From: Dimorphilus gyrociliatus
Lineage: Eukaryota > Animalia > Annelida
NCBI GenBank assembly: GCA_904063045.1
Contig: CAJFCJ010000012.1
Location: 1,240,001 to 1,304,000 of the forward strand
DNA: 64,000 nucleotides
Direction of reading: 5' to 3'
Shown: positions 1-14,554 of the stretch, piece by piece
Layout: each line of letters starts with the position of its first letter
Numbering within the stretch: the first letter of the stretch is position 1
Notes under the pieces: generated by a model
Told to the model about the DNA's origin: nothing
What the model saw: the letters and a program-made list of their open reading frames with translations, nothing else
Databases searched by the model: none
Made by a program: the position numbers and the translations under genes

Positions 1-528
1 TTTATGTTGAATTCTATAGAATGCAAATTGTTTTGTATTTTTAACGTATAAATTCCATAAAGTCGATTATCAAGTTGAAATGCAAACTTTATTAGTATAG
101 AGATCTAACGTGAAGTATGTAAACTTTCTTTTTGCGGCAGCAGCATCTAAAGAAAAACAATAATTTTTTTCCATCGCCTTTTTTCATATTATTGTTGGAA
201 AAAAAACTTCCAAAACTACGACTTTTTATTAAGAGAACTGGTGAGAATACAACCGTTAAATCCTGGGGGAGCGATAAAAGCGGCCAGTAATACAACGGAA
301 TAAATCGCCGTGTCATACTAACTGCATTTGGTAACCATGGACTTTAAAAGATCTTTTAAATTTTAGATAATATAATCGGAAGTTTCCTGGTTTAAGTTTT
401 TATTATACAATTTTTATTAAACGTTAAACCAACTATTTTTTTGTATATACAAATACAAAATGCACCATTTTAATAACTAGCAAGGAAAACGTGTATCACA
501 GAAAAATACGTTATAAATTTAATTCTTC

Positions 529-3500
529 TTAAACGTTGCTGTCCAAATCTTCAGATTGTTCTCTTATAGCTAATTGAGGTGATACTGGGACAGCTGATGC
601 GGGACTTGTAAAAAATGCCATTCGTTCTCTGAAGAATAATATTAATTACTTGATAACTATTGAAATTTTGTATATTCATCAATATTACTTAAATAATGCA
701 GCGTTAGGTTCCTTTTGAGCTCTTCTTAACTTATTTATTTCGTGGGTTGCCTTTTTTAATTTCTTTTCGGCCAGATCTTCTACTTTCGAATCTTTGGTAC
801 AAGATTTTTCTCTCTCATTCTAATGATTTAATTAAGAGAATCGTTAGTAAAATTTTACAAATATTTATGATCATACCAATTTTTCTGCTCTATTTAGAAT
901 TGATTGGCATCCATCATCTCTCATCCATTCAGGTAATTCACCTTCTTTACCCCGTTTAATCTTTTCTAACTCCTCTTTGACTAGAGTTAATCGAAGAATA
1001 TCTTCTTCTTCCTGCTCAACTCTCTGTTTGGAAGCCTGAAGCGCCAATTCCAAATCCAAAGAGGTAGGGGCCTGAGTTGTTGATTTTGCCTTCTTAACGT
1101 TCACAATTGGGGCTTTAGATAGTCGAATACTTCTTCTTTCAGATGCATAGCGTTGAAAAGGTGATTTTCTTTGATATTTTGGGAGAGTTGAATCGCTATC
1201 ACTTCTGTTTAACTGAAAAAAAATTATCCAATGTATATGCGGCGCCATCTATGTATTTAATAGGATACTAACTCTGTATATATTATGATCGTCGAAGTTC
1301 AAATCGGAATGAGCAGGAGAAAATGTTTTTGATCGTCGTATGAGTTTAGCATCTTCGGAAGCTGTTACCATCAATTTAGATGGAGGATTGCAAACGGCTG
1401 CTTCAGTATTGGTTTCAGCGTCTCGTTTCACTAGTCTTACAGTATCACATGGCGATAATTCTTCTTCAATCGCATATGTTTCCTCCTCAATCTCCAAAGG
1501 TGAACTCTCTCGAGTATCGACAAGATTTTGAACAGAACTTGGATCAAGATTCCTCGACAGTGTAGAAGGCTGAGAGGCAATAATTGTTGATTCGTCACTA
1601 CTCTCTTCACAAACACTTGATCCTCGAGTAAGTTCACGTGCTCTATGAGAATATTGATAAGTTTTAAAGAATAAAAAAACCTGAAATGAAACCCTTTACA
1701 AGAGGGTATTCATCAACGAGTATAGGAACTATTTTAGGAATGGTGCCACATACAATACTCAAATTCTAAAGGCCTATTATAAAGTTTATTGACATAGGGC
1801 GTCTTTATAATGTGAATTTGAATATTAGGATATAAAACCATTTTAGTATTAAAAAATATGACTCACTTTGAATTTCGTGGAGATTCAATTCGTAATCTGT
1901 GATCTGATGTGTCGAGTAGTTCTTTAACTTTATCGGCTCCTTCCTACAATTAGAAATTATTTTCAGAATGTTTTCACAAATTCAAGTACTCAATTTTTTA
2001 AATGTTTAATTAAATACATAGGTTTCTTAAAGATCATTGAGTTAGGGATAAAAAACAACCTCTGTTTGAATTAGGTTTTCTCCTTAACCCCGTCTTTTTT
2101 CTGTCGTAAACCCTTTAACCTTATAAACTGAATCAATTAACTTAGCGCTTTCAAAAACATTCTTATCCACGAATAGGTAATGCACTGTTTTTAGCACTTC
2201 AACGCAAGGTATTCATCTTTGAATTTTATGACAAAGGTAAGAATCTACTGCCTATTCTCCATAAAGTTTATATCATGGATTAAACAAAGCACTAGCTTAG
2301 TATGTTACCTACTATTCACGTCACAAAGAGAGTGTATGACGTCATGAGGATTCAAGCGCTCGGCAAAATGCCAAAACCTGTCATCTCAGCCTTATAATTA
2401 AAAAAACTTCTGGCAGAGGTAATTACACTAACAAAAGTGAACCGAGTGTTAAAGCCTCATTGTAAGTTGAAAGGAATTACGTAAGTTAAAAATAAGCATA
2501 TAAACTGTTCGTACGTGGGCGAGAAATGTAATCGATTTTGGAAAGTAAACCAAAAAGTGCCAAAGCGGCACTAAGCAGATACATGCCCTCGACGGACTCG
2601 TTAAATCTAGTTCAAGGACTTTTCAGTACAAATGCGTATGTTCAATCACAGATGAAGTTATTTAAAGCACTTTTTAAGTCAATAGAATAACGCGACAAAA
2701 TTGAACATCTGCGGAAGTACGCAAACAAAGCATTTTGCTAAAGTAAATACTAACCAACGGTTGAGCGACGGGCAAAACTTCGGATAGTATATTATACCAG
2801 CAGGTAGTAGGCCTGTCATAAGTATTTAGAGTAACTTCTGTAACACCCACAGATTCTAAATTGTCCCCTCGAATAGAACACAAATGAACTTGAAGTGATG
2901 TAGTTTGAAGACTGTTTTTACCAAGTGAAGTTTTCCATATATCTCCTAGCTTTGAGCAGGAGGACGAGAATGGACAACTGGTGAAAGTATTGGTTTCAGG
3001 TATAAGACGAGCAACTAAACAAAGCGAACACTGAAAATTTCTAAGATATCGAACTTGATCGAAGTTAACTTGTAAGCAGTTTTCTTCCTTCAAATATGTT
3101 AGGGTCAGTTGAAGTTGAGCTAAATTATCTGAGTTTTGGGAAAATGATTCAAAGACACCGCTATCGGACGTCACACCGCCGTCACTAGGGGAAGAACCAG
3201 TGTAGCTGCGGGTTGGGCCTGAGGCACCTACCCCTGAACTGCTTTCAGATATAGGTGATAACGGTGGAACCTCTGTAGCGGTTTCAGCCTTTTTTGCTGA
3301 TAAATGCATTTCTTGCACCCGGCATGCTAAAGAAGGTGCACTGCTTCCCCTTTGTAACTTCCCCATATGTTGAGCGTAGGTGGGCGGAGGACCAAGGTCA
3401 TACGGTTCAACTGGTTGAATTTGAGCAAGGCCTGGACAGCTGAAAGCTCCACTAACAACTTCCGAGTAGCCACCAACTGCACCAATACAGTCTTGACTTC

Positions 3501-6500
3501 TGAGAGGCGGTAGATTAGCATAGGCACTCTCTTCAGCACCTCGAAATATTCCTTCAACCTTTCCATGCAAATCCTGACCGTAACTTGTATTGGAAAGGGG
3601 TGTATAGGAAAATACATCACTGAGTGAAAAATGAGAACCGGCTAGAGAGCCCAGTGAACCCCTGCTTGAGCCGGATGACATGCTCAGGGTGCTCTGAGAC
3701 AGACTTTTTATTTGCTGCTCCAGTTGGGCTGATAATCTAGTAACCTCTTGCAACTGTTCCATTAATCTCTGTTTATTTTCATCCAGTTGAAGCCGTTCAT
3801 TAATTTGTTTCTGATTCATTTGAGTTGCCTCTCTTAAATCATTTTGTAAACGCGCCATCTTTTGTCGGTTTGATATTTCGTCCTTTCCTCCTTTGCGGAC
3901 CAGGGGCTTCAATTCTCGCAGCAGCTGTTCTTTTTCTTGTATTAACAACAACAAATCCTTATCACTTCGACATTGCCCAGGATTTATCCGACTTTCAACG
4001 TCCACGAGTTGTTTTTGAAGATTTGCAACAGTACGTCGGGTTTCTGAATATCTAATTATTTGAGAGAAACATAATTGAAAATGGCAATAGAATAGTTAAT
4101 GTTGTTTGTGATTATACCTTAACCTCAATCGAACTAGCTGTCTTATGAATTCTTCCCTTTGCATTTGATCGTTATCTCCGCTTAAATCCGTCTGTGATTC
4201 ACTATCTACTAGACGATTAATTGAAAACGTCGACACGTCTGGCGATGTGCTTTTCCTAGTTCGTTCTACATCTTCTTTTAATCTTGCTAAATCCTGTAAT
4301 GCAGTCTGTATAATATGCCAATTCCATTACATGTTATATGCTATCTTACCAGAAGCAAACTATGCTTCTTCTTCTGCCTTGCGTCGATCATATGATAATT
4401 CGCCTTAATCTTTTCGTAGATGGTTGTCGCCTCAGATAAAGTATAAGGTGTTTCTTGCAAATCCATTTTATGCTGAACTCTGCATAAACAAAAGAAATTC
4501 CCAGTAGTGCGAATTTTATAAACCAAATTCAATCACGTTCGTCCATTATATATCGGATAAAAGCTTTAGTAATACCGGACTCGAGCGGTTAGCGATAAGT
4601 CATGGTAAATGTTTGTTCGTGCGCTTATCCTTAAATCAGTTCTTTTCTGTAATGCCTGTAAAATACCCAGGCACCATTCCAAAACTTAACCGCGGAAAAA
4701 TGTCGGAAAATATAGCATAATCTCCCATTAGTTAGAGCATGTAAAATTTGTCCACTTTTTCAAAGTCCTATATCTAATATGTTTGTTGTTGAGTAACTCG
4801 TATCACTTTTGCATGAAGAATTAACTATATGTAATTATATAAACAAGATGTCTATTCGTTCTATATATCTATATATAAATATACCTATACCGGTATATAT
4901 ACAGTATAAAAGAAAAAGTGAGAAGAGCGCGAACGAAAACAGCGATGGAATGCCGCATTTGCAAGCATTTCCCGCATATTTACGCGTTGATATCCAGGCA
5001 GGAATTCTGTTTTAAAGAATTTATAGAAAAGAGGAAAAAAGAGAAGAAATAAAATGAGTGTGAGAGAAAGTGCGCGAGATGCGTGGAATGGGATGCAGAG
5101 TGCTGGAGTGAAACTTACTCATAGAGAGCCTGAACTCCTTTTTCACGTTTACTTAATTCCATTCGAATTTGATTCAATTCCAGGGCTAGTCGTGTTACTC
5201 TTTTCTTGCTTAATTCTATTTCATCTCTAACAATATCAGGATCATATCGAGTCGAGGCCGAAGAAGCAACTATAAAAAGAAATAGTGTATTTAAAAAATT
5301 TACTATATAAACACAATAAAGGAAAATGTAAGAAGTATAAAGGGCATATAGAAAAATTGATAGATTTGTTCATTGATTCGACACTAGTGTATGTCTCATT
5401 CGATTTTTTTCTAAAAATTTTCTTACGCTTCTCTGCGCAGAATCGAAAGAATCGCAAACATTCGAAGCACGCCCCGTTCCAAATGGGCGTGGCTTAATGC
5501 GACCATAGGTAAAAATTATTTAGATACTTGGTAGTACGATAAACGATTATAATTATGACACGCGCTGAAAATTTTAACAATAACGTCAAAAACGATAAGA
5601 ATCGCGTAAAGCTTTTAATATAAACGAATAGTTCGCCATAAATCATTGTTAGAGTTATTAGGGAAAAAATTTATTCTGTCACAATTTTCTTTTATATTTA
5701 AATAGCTGGTGAAGAATTACAGAAGAAAATACCAAATAACTTCAGCTGTTGCGCATGCCCCCCCCCCCCTTGCCTTCTCGAAAGACCCTCCGCCTTTGCC
5801 GACCCCCTCTACTCCCGCTGAGTTGGTTCGCTTTTAAATAAAGGATTATTAAGGGGATTAGAAGATCGATAGCTTTGACGTATCATTTCTCAATAGGAAA
5901 TAAGGTGGAAATTTAGTTTTACGGCAGAATGGAATGTTAGGAATGTAGTGTTTTGTCAAAGACTGGACTGGAGAAGGAAAACACAAAAACGCGAACGTAT
6001 GCACTCTGACATTACGAGTACAAAAATCAAGGCTGAAAAAACAAGAGAAACCGCGCATTAACCACACTACAAAATGCTAACCAAACATAAAACTAGAAGC
6101 TTGGTTTTTTAGTTTCTTGCACCACAAAAACAACTATATACTAGACCTCCTACAGCAATACGAAATAGACGCTTATGAAAACAAACTTACGACTAGTTTT
6201 AGACGCCTTAAAATTGGCTAAAAAATTTCTCAAATTATCTCCTTCATTCTGCGCAATTCTTAAACGTTCTTCTTTAACGTTCAACATTTCCCTGGTCGTC
6301 TCTAAATCCGACTGGGCTTTGTCCAAATATTGACTTAGCATCTCTTTCTGCTCCTTCTTCCATAACTCCCTAGGATCTTCTATTTGATTATGACCTGAAG
6401 ATTATTTAATTTTCGTTCTAAAATTAATCTTTATTATCAGTGCACGTCCATAAATACCTTTTAAGTGATTAATATAGTAAATTCCAATGTTTTGATCATA

Positions 6501-7405
6501 GGCCTTTTCCCAGCCGTACGGCAGTTCACCTTCTTTACAGTCGCTTATATCCTTTGGCTTACTATCCCTTAAAAAAATTGAAAAATGAATTTAGAATAAC
6601 TTTCAATTCAATTCTACGTAGGCTTTTACCCAGAGAATCGATATAAAATATTTGCATATAAATTGTTCGACAATATACAGCTGTTACTCGGCGTTTGGGC
6701 TTATTGGTCAACAGAGAAGGAAATTTATCGTGTTTAACGACGTTTTTAAAGATCATCAATGAAAAAATAAGCAATGAGAGAATTTATGACGAATCGTGAT
6801 AAGAAAGGAATGCTAACTATCTTATCTTAACTTTAACGCGTATATAATCTCTGGTTATGTTTCTTTTTCGGTCAATACAGGATTGTGGGTGAAAAAAGAC
6901 ATGGTAGCGTGTACTAACTTGTGGTTTTGCAAAATTTAGCTTCGAACAATTACAAACATTCTTAACATTCCGACTGGCGCAATCTACTCGGGCAGATAGC
7001 CAATTTTCAAGTATTCAATACAGACTCTTCAATACGTCGCCTTGTTGTACACTTTATTTACAAAATATTTTTCATTGGTCATTCATTGACTAAGAAAAGG
7101 ACAGAAAACTTTCCATCCTGTTTCTTAAAGGGATTAACACTACATTGTATAGTAAAATAACTCAAGACCCTGCTCCTCCCCCTTTGTTAAAATTAAGCCT
7201 GAGTGTATTCTAATAACTAAAAGTAACTTTTTTTGGCTACCATCACTCTCAGAGGGTTGATTTCTTACCTATCTCTTGGATCGACCCAACTCGTCGTCCT
7301 GGTATTGTGGTCAATAAAAAATATTTTTCCATCAATATCCGCTTGCCTTTCCCATCCAGGTGGTAAAGGTTTTTCTTCACTCTCTTCTATTATAGAACTA
7401 GGCAT
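529..7405 (-). CDS. WWC1: KIBRA / WWC family Hippo-pathway scaffold (2 WW, coiled coils, C2, aPKC-binding region, PDZ-binding C-terminus); 12 exons, about 1074 aa
   Basis: Phase-consistent exons: 7269-7405, 6458-6567, 6191-6394, 5119-5269, 4350-4479, 4124-4305, 2755-4051, 1867-1943, 1273-1642, 877-1212, 689-819, 529-628 (sum 3225 nt). WW1 is [33 protein letters not shown] and WW2 is [26 protein letters not shown]-type motifs: [62 protein letters not shown]. Ends in DSNV*. Confidence 0.93.
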
Positions 7406-7748
7406 ATCGAGAGCTTATCCTTATTTAGCATATTATTGATTTTTATTCCACTATGTACATTTCAGCGTTCTATTGCAGTCTGAATGGAATACCTTGTATG
7501 CGGCTTCCATTATTAGTCACGTGATTGAAAAAAGAACTGGTGATGTCTAAAGCGACACCTTAAGTCTAAGACAAGAATTAAAAATTATGTTTCAAGCCAT
7601 CTACAGTGTATTTGAATTAAGAATAATCATTACGTTACATGTAATGTTATTTAATATAAGAACGAATCATCAAGATAAAAAGAACAGCTTAAAATTATTA
7701 ACAAGGTATTATTGCTTTTAAAAAGAATACGCGTATTTTTTCTGTAAT

Positions 7749-10700
7749 TTAGACAGTATTTTCTTTATAGCCTTGTTGATTATCAGGAAAATCTAATAAT
7801 TTTTTTTGGTGATCTTTTAATATCGGCTTTGTCAATTCAGCGACTCGCTATATTGTAAAAAAGTAAGAAAATTAAATCATATACAAACATAATATAAGTA
7901 ATATAAAATTTGTCTTGCTTATATAAAAGAGAAATTATATATATATATATATATATCAGTTCGGTATCTATCTTATGAATGACATCATATAAACTCTCTC
8001 TCCATCTTTTTATTAAATACCTTCATTAAACTTCCTTCGCTTGAAATAATCTTTACAATAGCAACAATAGGAATCATTATGACTGATAGAGCTGCCAGAG
8101 ACCAACCAATTGCAATTGCCCATTTTGGATATGTATAGGTTTTATTATACGTCAACTCGGAGTAAGTAACGCAAGCAAGGATGAAAATAGTCTAAAACGT
8201 AAAAGGAATAATATGTAAAGTCGGTTATTTGAAACAATAGGATTAATTTCTCTTTGCTTGTACACTTAAAGCCGAAAAAAGTACTTACAAGATCTAATAT
8301 CGGAGTCACGCTAAACCAAAACCATTTCAATAAGGGTTGAATTCTCCTACCCATCATATATTCAAGATTCATCCAATATCTATTAACACCGTAGACATGG
8401 GCGATGGCTACGCATTCGAAAACAGCCACTAGAACGACTATTCTACCTCCAGAATAATAATCGAACAGCTGGAATACGTACATGCCGCCCTATTTGAAAG
8501 ATATTAGCAAAAAAACTCTCATTTGACATTCTATATCATAGGCTGAAAGTTTTGAATTGTGTTTTAAAGTTAAAATTAAAATAATTACCCGAGTTACCAT
8601 AGATAAACCAATGAAAAATGATATTATGCATATAACTGCAATAAATATCTCTTTTCTTTTCCCGACTCTTAATTTCTCAGGATATTGATCAACTACAGCT
8701 GTTACGAACCCCTCGACCCCGACGAATTGGCTGTCAAGTCCCAGTAGGATAAGCATAATAAAGAAAAAGATACTCCAAACGACGGATCCTGGCATTTCTC
8801 CAATTGCTTTCGGATATGCGATAAAGGCTAGTCCTTGAAAAAATTCAACAAATTTTAAAAAATAACTCGAAAATTTATCAAATTCAATTAGCACCAGGTC
8901 CGCTTTCGGCAACGTGTTCAATCGGTATCCCATGGGTATGTGACATGAAACCCAGCACTGAAAATATAACGAAGCCTCCTAAGAAAGATGTTCCAGAATT
9001 CGTAAGCGCAAAAAGACAACTATCTTTCAGGACATTGTGATGGAAGTCGTTGTAAGAGCCCAAAGCAGTCAAGGTTCCAAGGGATATCGAATAGGAGAAG
9101 AATATTTGCGTTCCGGCATCAACCCAAACCTGAATTTCTTTCAGTTTTGACCAGTCTGGTACTATGTAAAACTTTACGCCTTCAAGCGATCCGGGTAATG
9201 TAGCACCTCTTATTAATAAGATGAACATAAACAGATAAGGTGCCGGTGCTGTGATATACATAACTTTTCCTGAAGATTTGATACCTTTGCAAATGCAAAG
9301 GTAAACAACAATCCAAGCCAACAACAAACATAAGGCTAAATCCCATTTAATTGCTCCCGGTTCATCTATCCCTGATGATATGTTTAAGACTTTTCTCCTG
9401 CAAAGTAAATATGGAAAGTAGTCAAATAAGTCTCATTATTCTAGGCAAAAGTCGAAAAGCCAAGGCAAACAACACGCAAAAAAGACTTAGTGCACTCTGA
9501 TTAGAAGATAGAATACTTATTTACTTCTTAAAAAATTTAGTTAATATAATTACTTTACAATTATCTTTTTGCTTTAATTAATTTATAAAGAGAAAACTAA
9601 TTTAGTATGCTTATTTAGTGAAAATAAAACTCTATTGATATTCAATAGATGGCCCTAGTGAAACACAGGCAACAGAAACTGATATATATATATATATATA
9701 TATATAATTTTAGTGATAGATTGCATGTCCTCTTTAACTCATAAAAGGATAAAAAAAATATTTTTTTTGGGCAAATAATAATATAATTGTAAAAAAAATT
9801 GATTTTTCAAGATAATCTTTTAATATTTACATGCTAGTTGTTCGATGAACTTTTTATCCTTTTTTCCGAATTGTTTTGTAGGCACGTTTCGTACTTAAAC
9901 TTAATATCTTTCAATTTTCTATTTTATGCTGATGACGTAACCAAAAGAATTAATTCATTCTCAAGATTATTATCAAGTACCTGACTTCCTTTACGTACAT
10001 GTTTTCCTTTTTAAACCAGATTAAGTTCGTTGCAATTAATTAACGAGCTGACAGAACGAACGCTTTTTGTTAATCAATATATACAATGCTTTCTATGCAT
10101 TAGGACGATTTCTCATAGAATTATTCTTTTTTTGTAAAGGAAGCGACACTTTGAAGTAAAAGGATTATAGAACAAAAGTAGCTGCTGACAGAGTTTGGAA
10201 TAGAAGGAATAACCAATTTGATTTTCGAAAAGATAGCAAGGTTCTTTAATACACTTAGTTCCAAGGATCTCTAAGACAAGATCAACAAGTCATTAGAAGT
10301 GCTCCTAGGAAATTTTTTTCTCCTTCTCATTCCATCTTACTTTCTCGATTATTCACTTAGTTAAGCGGGAAACGCTAGTCTTTGAAATATTAAAAAAGAC
10401 AAGTCTAATTTTCGGCCTAATAGCGACTAATTATCCTAGAAATCAATCAAAATTTCTGTAAGTTCTTATATCTCATAAATAAGCTTAACTTGGAAGGAAG
10501 AATACTAGTTAATAAGAAACTTTTGCTTCAATCTAAAAATAGAAAGGAGAGGTGTCGATTGTAACTAAAATAATCTTACTCCCAAAATTCAGTGACAGGA
10601 TCTACCGAAACTTGGGATCCATTAATTGTGCTATTCGTGCCGTTCTTATAAACACTACAATTGTCTGTGTTCCAATCATTATCGCAGTGAGTCCAAGGTA

Positions 10701-11258
10701 ATCGGCTCGTAAAAGAAGCGAACAGGTAATAAAATGCCCAACAGAGAATTACGTTGTAATAGATGTTTAAAAGAGCCACTATAATCATAGTAGCCACTCC
10801 AATACCTGTAATTATGTTATTGTAAAGAGCGGTGACAGAAAAATCAATAATTCAGATACCTTGAAGCAAAGGGCAAATATTCCAACATTTTAGACCTCCT
10901 ACTCCCATAAATTGACCTAAAGATGCCTCTAGGAAGAACATCGGTATGGCGGCAAAAAATACGCATATGAAATATGGAATTAAAAAGGCGCCTCCACCAT
11001 TTTTATAACATAAGTATGGAAATCTAAATGGAAAGATCAAAATCGATATCTAAGAAAAGTATGGATTAAATATCAATTAATTTGTATAGCCTTTAAAGCT
11101 AGATAATTAATACAGAAATATATATTAATGTATAGGTGAATTGACCTCCAAATATTGCCCAAACCTACGGAAAAACCAATACAAGCAAATAGAAAGTCTA
11201 TTTTTCGTGTCCATTTCTCTCTTTTCTGAATTTTTTCCTCTGGTAGATTCTCGCTCAT
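7749..11258 (-). CDS. Na+/Cl- dependent neurotransmitter transporter, SLC6 family, GABA/taurine/creatine group; 8 exons, about 573 aa
   Basis: Exons 11146-11258, 10860-11023, 10580-10805, 8895-9397, 8589-8833, 8289-8489, 8021-8191, 7749-7847 (1722 nt), all GT-AG and in phase. Signatures: [38 protein letters not shown]2 [63 protein letters not shown]. Confidence 0.93.
7936..7956. repeat. (TA)n microsatellite in the last SLC6 intron
   Basis: Directly visible. Confidence 0.9.
9682..9706. repeat. (TA)n microsatellite in the long SLC6 intron
   Basis: Directly visible. Confidence 0.9.
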
Positions 11259-12640
11259 TGTTTATCTGTTTTTGTGAAGGAGAAAATCGATTAGATAAGG
11301 GTAATTTGGATGTAAAAAACTGTTGTAAATATGTTGAAGCATTTGAGGAAATTTCCCATATTAAGATATTCTTTCAATATTAATATATTTTAATATAACT
11401 GTTATAAAAGAGTTACATTTAGTACAAAGTCCATTTATAAAAGTATAAAAGAAACATCTTTGAATTTCCTATTTTATTTAAATTTTGTTTGCCAGATTTT
11501 TTTAGAGAGCAAAACCTAACCCTTTTGGTGTGGATCAAGTTTTTTTTTATTTTTTTTGCCAATATCTCTTTTCCCTAGTTTTATTTTTTAAGATAATAAA
11601 ATTTTAGAAAGTTAAATAAAATCTGTCATGTTTAAGTTTTTCCTGTCATAAAAACTTAAACCTAAATATTAGCAAGTAAGCTTTAAAAGACTTTCATGTA
11701 AATTAGGAATGAAGGATATTTAAGTAATTTTTTTCTCTACAAGTACAAGTCTATATATAAATAAAAGACTATAAATCTTACTCTTCATATCGCTCAAAAC
11801 GGTGTAGTTAGAAAGATGAAATGAAGACGGAAAATTTGCCAATTCCACGATACTAATCATTGATTAATTAAGCAACAGATTAGCTTCTTTTGATCTAGAA
11901 ACCAATCTTTCCGATACGGCCATAGGCATAGCGAGGAAAGAGCGTTAACGTTGGAAAAATAATATAAATAAGAGAACGAGAAGATAGAGAGGGCAAGAAA
12001 AAGGGCTAGGGCAAGCTACAGTGAAAGAGAGGTAGAACGAGAGTGAGAGTGATGGAAAATAAGCGATACACAGATCCACACAACAAGGGAGAGCGAGAGT
12101 AAGAGCGAGGGACAGTAAATTTTTCGTATAAAAACGATATAGTGCTATAGCTTTGACATATGACCTAATTTCATCAATTATTCATTTCTAGAAAGACCAA
12201 CATATTTAAATCTACAAAGAGATATTAGGCGAATAAACGGTTGAGTAATCTATATAAATGAAAGACAGAGAGATTTAGATATATTATGAATATGTATAAG
12301 GCTGACTTGTATCTTTTCGCTCAAAGAATATTAAAATTGGCATTTAGAAATAATGTCTACGTTATTAAGCTGATTCATTTAAAGAAAATTATTTCTTTAC
12401 GTTCCATTTATGTGAACACTATTTCCCTATTTGTTTATTACAGATCCGAATAAGACTAAGCAATACTAGAAACTAGGTGATCAATTTACGAAGGAAGGCA
12501 AGAAAGTACCTTGGAAATCACTGGAAAAGGTTGGAATAAATGATGTAGCGGCTGATCGTCGAGTCGTGTCGAAGAACTGGCTATAGAAATAGATGGTGCT
12601 GCTTGCATTAAAGAGGATATATTACTTGCAAGCTATCTTT

Positions 12641-12659
12641 CGACAGGCGCCATCTGTCG
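12641..12659 (-). promoter_or_regulatory. CTCF/YY1-like motif inside a short inverted repeat, between the SLC6 and GPCR genes
   Basis: Plus strand cgacag-gcgccat-ctgtcg; minus strand CGACAGATGGCGCC. Confidence 0.35.
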
Positions 12660-14554
12660 TCATTATTAATGAGTAGAATTTCCTATTGACCAATGGTGGA
12701 AAATAAGTTTCATATCACTATAGTATTTCCATTTGACATGATTTTTAATTCTTAAAAAAACGACCTGTTTTTAAAGTGGCTTTTAATTTATCATTATATA
12801 GAAAATGAAGACTGGCTGCAAAATTTTTACATTTATGTTTCTTGTTTTAACGTAACGAACATAATTGCATAATAGCCTTATATACTCTATTATTAGTAAT
12901 ATTGTAAAAGAGTAATGAAGATGGTAAAAGCATATCTCCATCTTATTTAGAAATCAGTATACCAAGCTATAAAAAACATTGACGAACAGAATATCGTTGA
13001 TTTTGTTTCCATCCGGAACGAGCAATGATGTAAAGAGATACCCTGTCTTATCGATAATTAAGCAGTCTATAAAATAATTTTAGAGTTATAACAACTAGAC
13101 TTAATAATAAACATTACGTGTTGATAGTAAGTAAAAACAAAATATTAACATTCAAGATTGAACCACAAAGCGGATATGTTGGCACGAAACTGCAGTGATA
13201 GGACTAATCCGGCAAAAACAGATCGCTTTCCAATTATTTTTTAATTACGATATGGTCCATAATAAATTTTTGCTTTCTACATGCCTGAAATTTTAAGGTA
13301 TGCTAAACCAATTGTCGGAACCTTATTGATAAACAATAAAGAAACAATATAGAAAAAAACATTGATCGACGCTTTCTGCGCAGAAAGAGAAATCCGGTGA
13401 CGATCTTTTCAGCCTAGTATGTCAAGTAATTTATACCTTTTCTTATATTTCTTTGTATATACACATATATATATATATATTTCTTTATGCTTTTATAGAA
13501 AGCTTATGTACATGTAGTTTGTGTATATGTATATACAGTATATATGAGTATTCAATGTTTTTTTTTAAATGTAAAATAGAATGTATAGTTGTTATTTAGT
13601 TGCAGATTTATATGTGTACGCATGACAGAGATATGTGCTGTGTAAAGAAGAGTAGAATTAATGGGTAATTTTTATAGATATAATTGGTATATTGTTTTAT
13701 AAATGACTTTTTATACAATCTCCATTGAGAGAAATGTTACAGAAACATTATCGATAAAAAAAGAACCATACATATTATAATTTATTTGTCAGGTGTAAAA
13801 CAATAAGGAAAATTTTTGTTAAACAAAGGAAAAAAACATTACTTGTTAATGAAAGAAGCAGATTTCATATGTACAAAAGATATGCATAAACTTATTTAAG
13901 AAAGGTACACAGATTAAACATGTTGAGATGTTTATGTTATATTGTATACTGTATATCATATTTTATACATATATATATATATACAATAACATACAATGTA
14001 ACTTAATATATCATACAATATCATTTTTATCATATCTTTACTTTTAGATGCAAATAATCAGTCCCAAACCATGTAACCAAGATTATTTCTCAAATATACA
14101 AAATACGTAACTATATGCAAAGATGATTGGCTTTGATGTGCTTAACAAAAAGAAAGAGAAATCGCAATTGGTATAAAAAGAAGAAAAATCACGAATATAA
14201 TAATGCACGTCTAACCTGACAAGTACATATGAACATACATACATTTACATAAGGAAAATATGCAGACAATTATTTGTAAATAACATATAGTTAAGAATAT
14301 TTATCTTTATATATCGTAGAATGAATAGAATTTTCTCTTTTTTACTATTAATAACATTACGCCAAGTCTTTTAAGGCTTTTATAAGGAAAAGCAATTAAC
14401 AATAAAAATAATATTATTCCCCCTTTTTTTTCAAATACAATTTTTTCAATGGCATAAATTATCAACGTTCTAAAAATCTCTTTCTTGTATCTCTTTCACG
14501 GATAAACTATTCTACACCACCTTTTTACACTCTTTTGAAATAACCTAAGGATTT

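Noticed and set aside
92-316. Minus-strand 74-aa ORF and an ATG-less 50-codon plus-strand frame at the window start
   Set aside because: No recognisable motif. The plus frame could be a terminal exon of a gene outside the window but cannot be supported here.
9929-9935. CTGATGA hammerhead-like core (also at 38677 and 56464)
   Set aside because: No stem II followed by GAAA and no compatible stems I/III visible.
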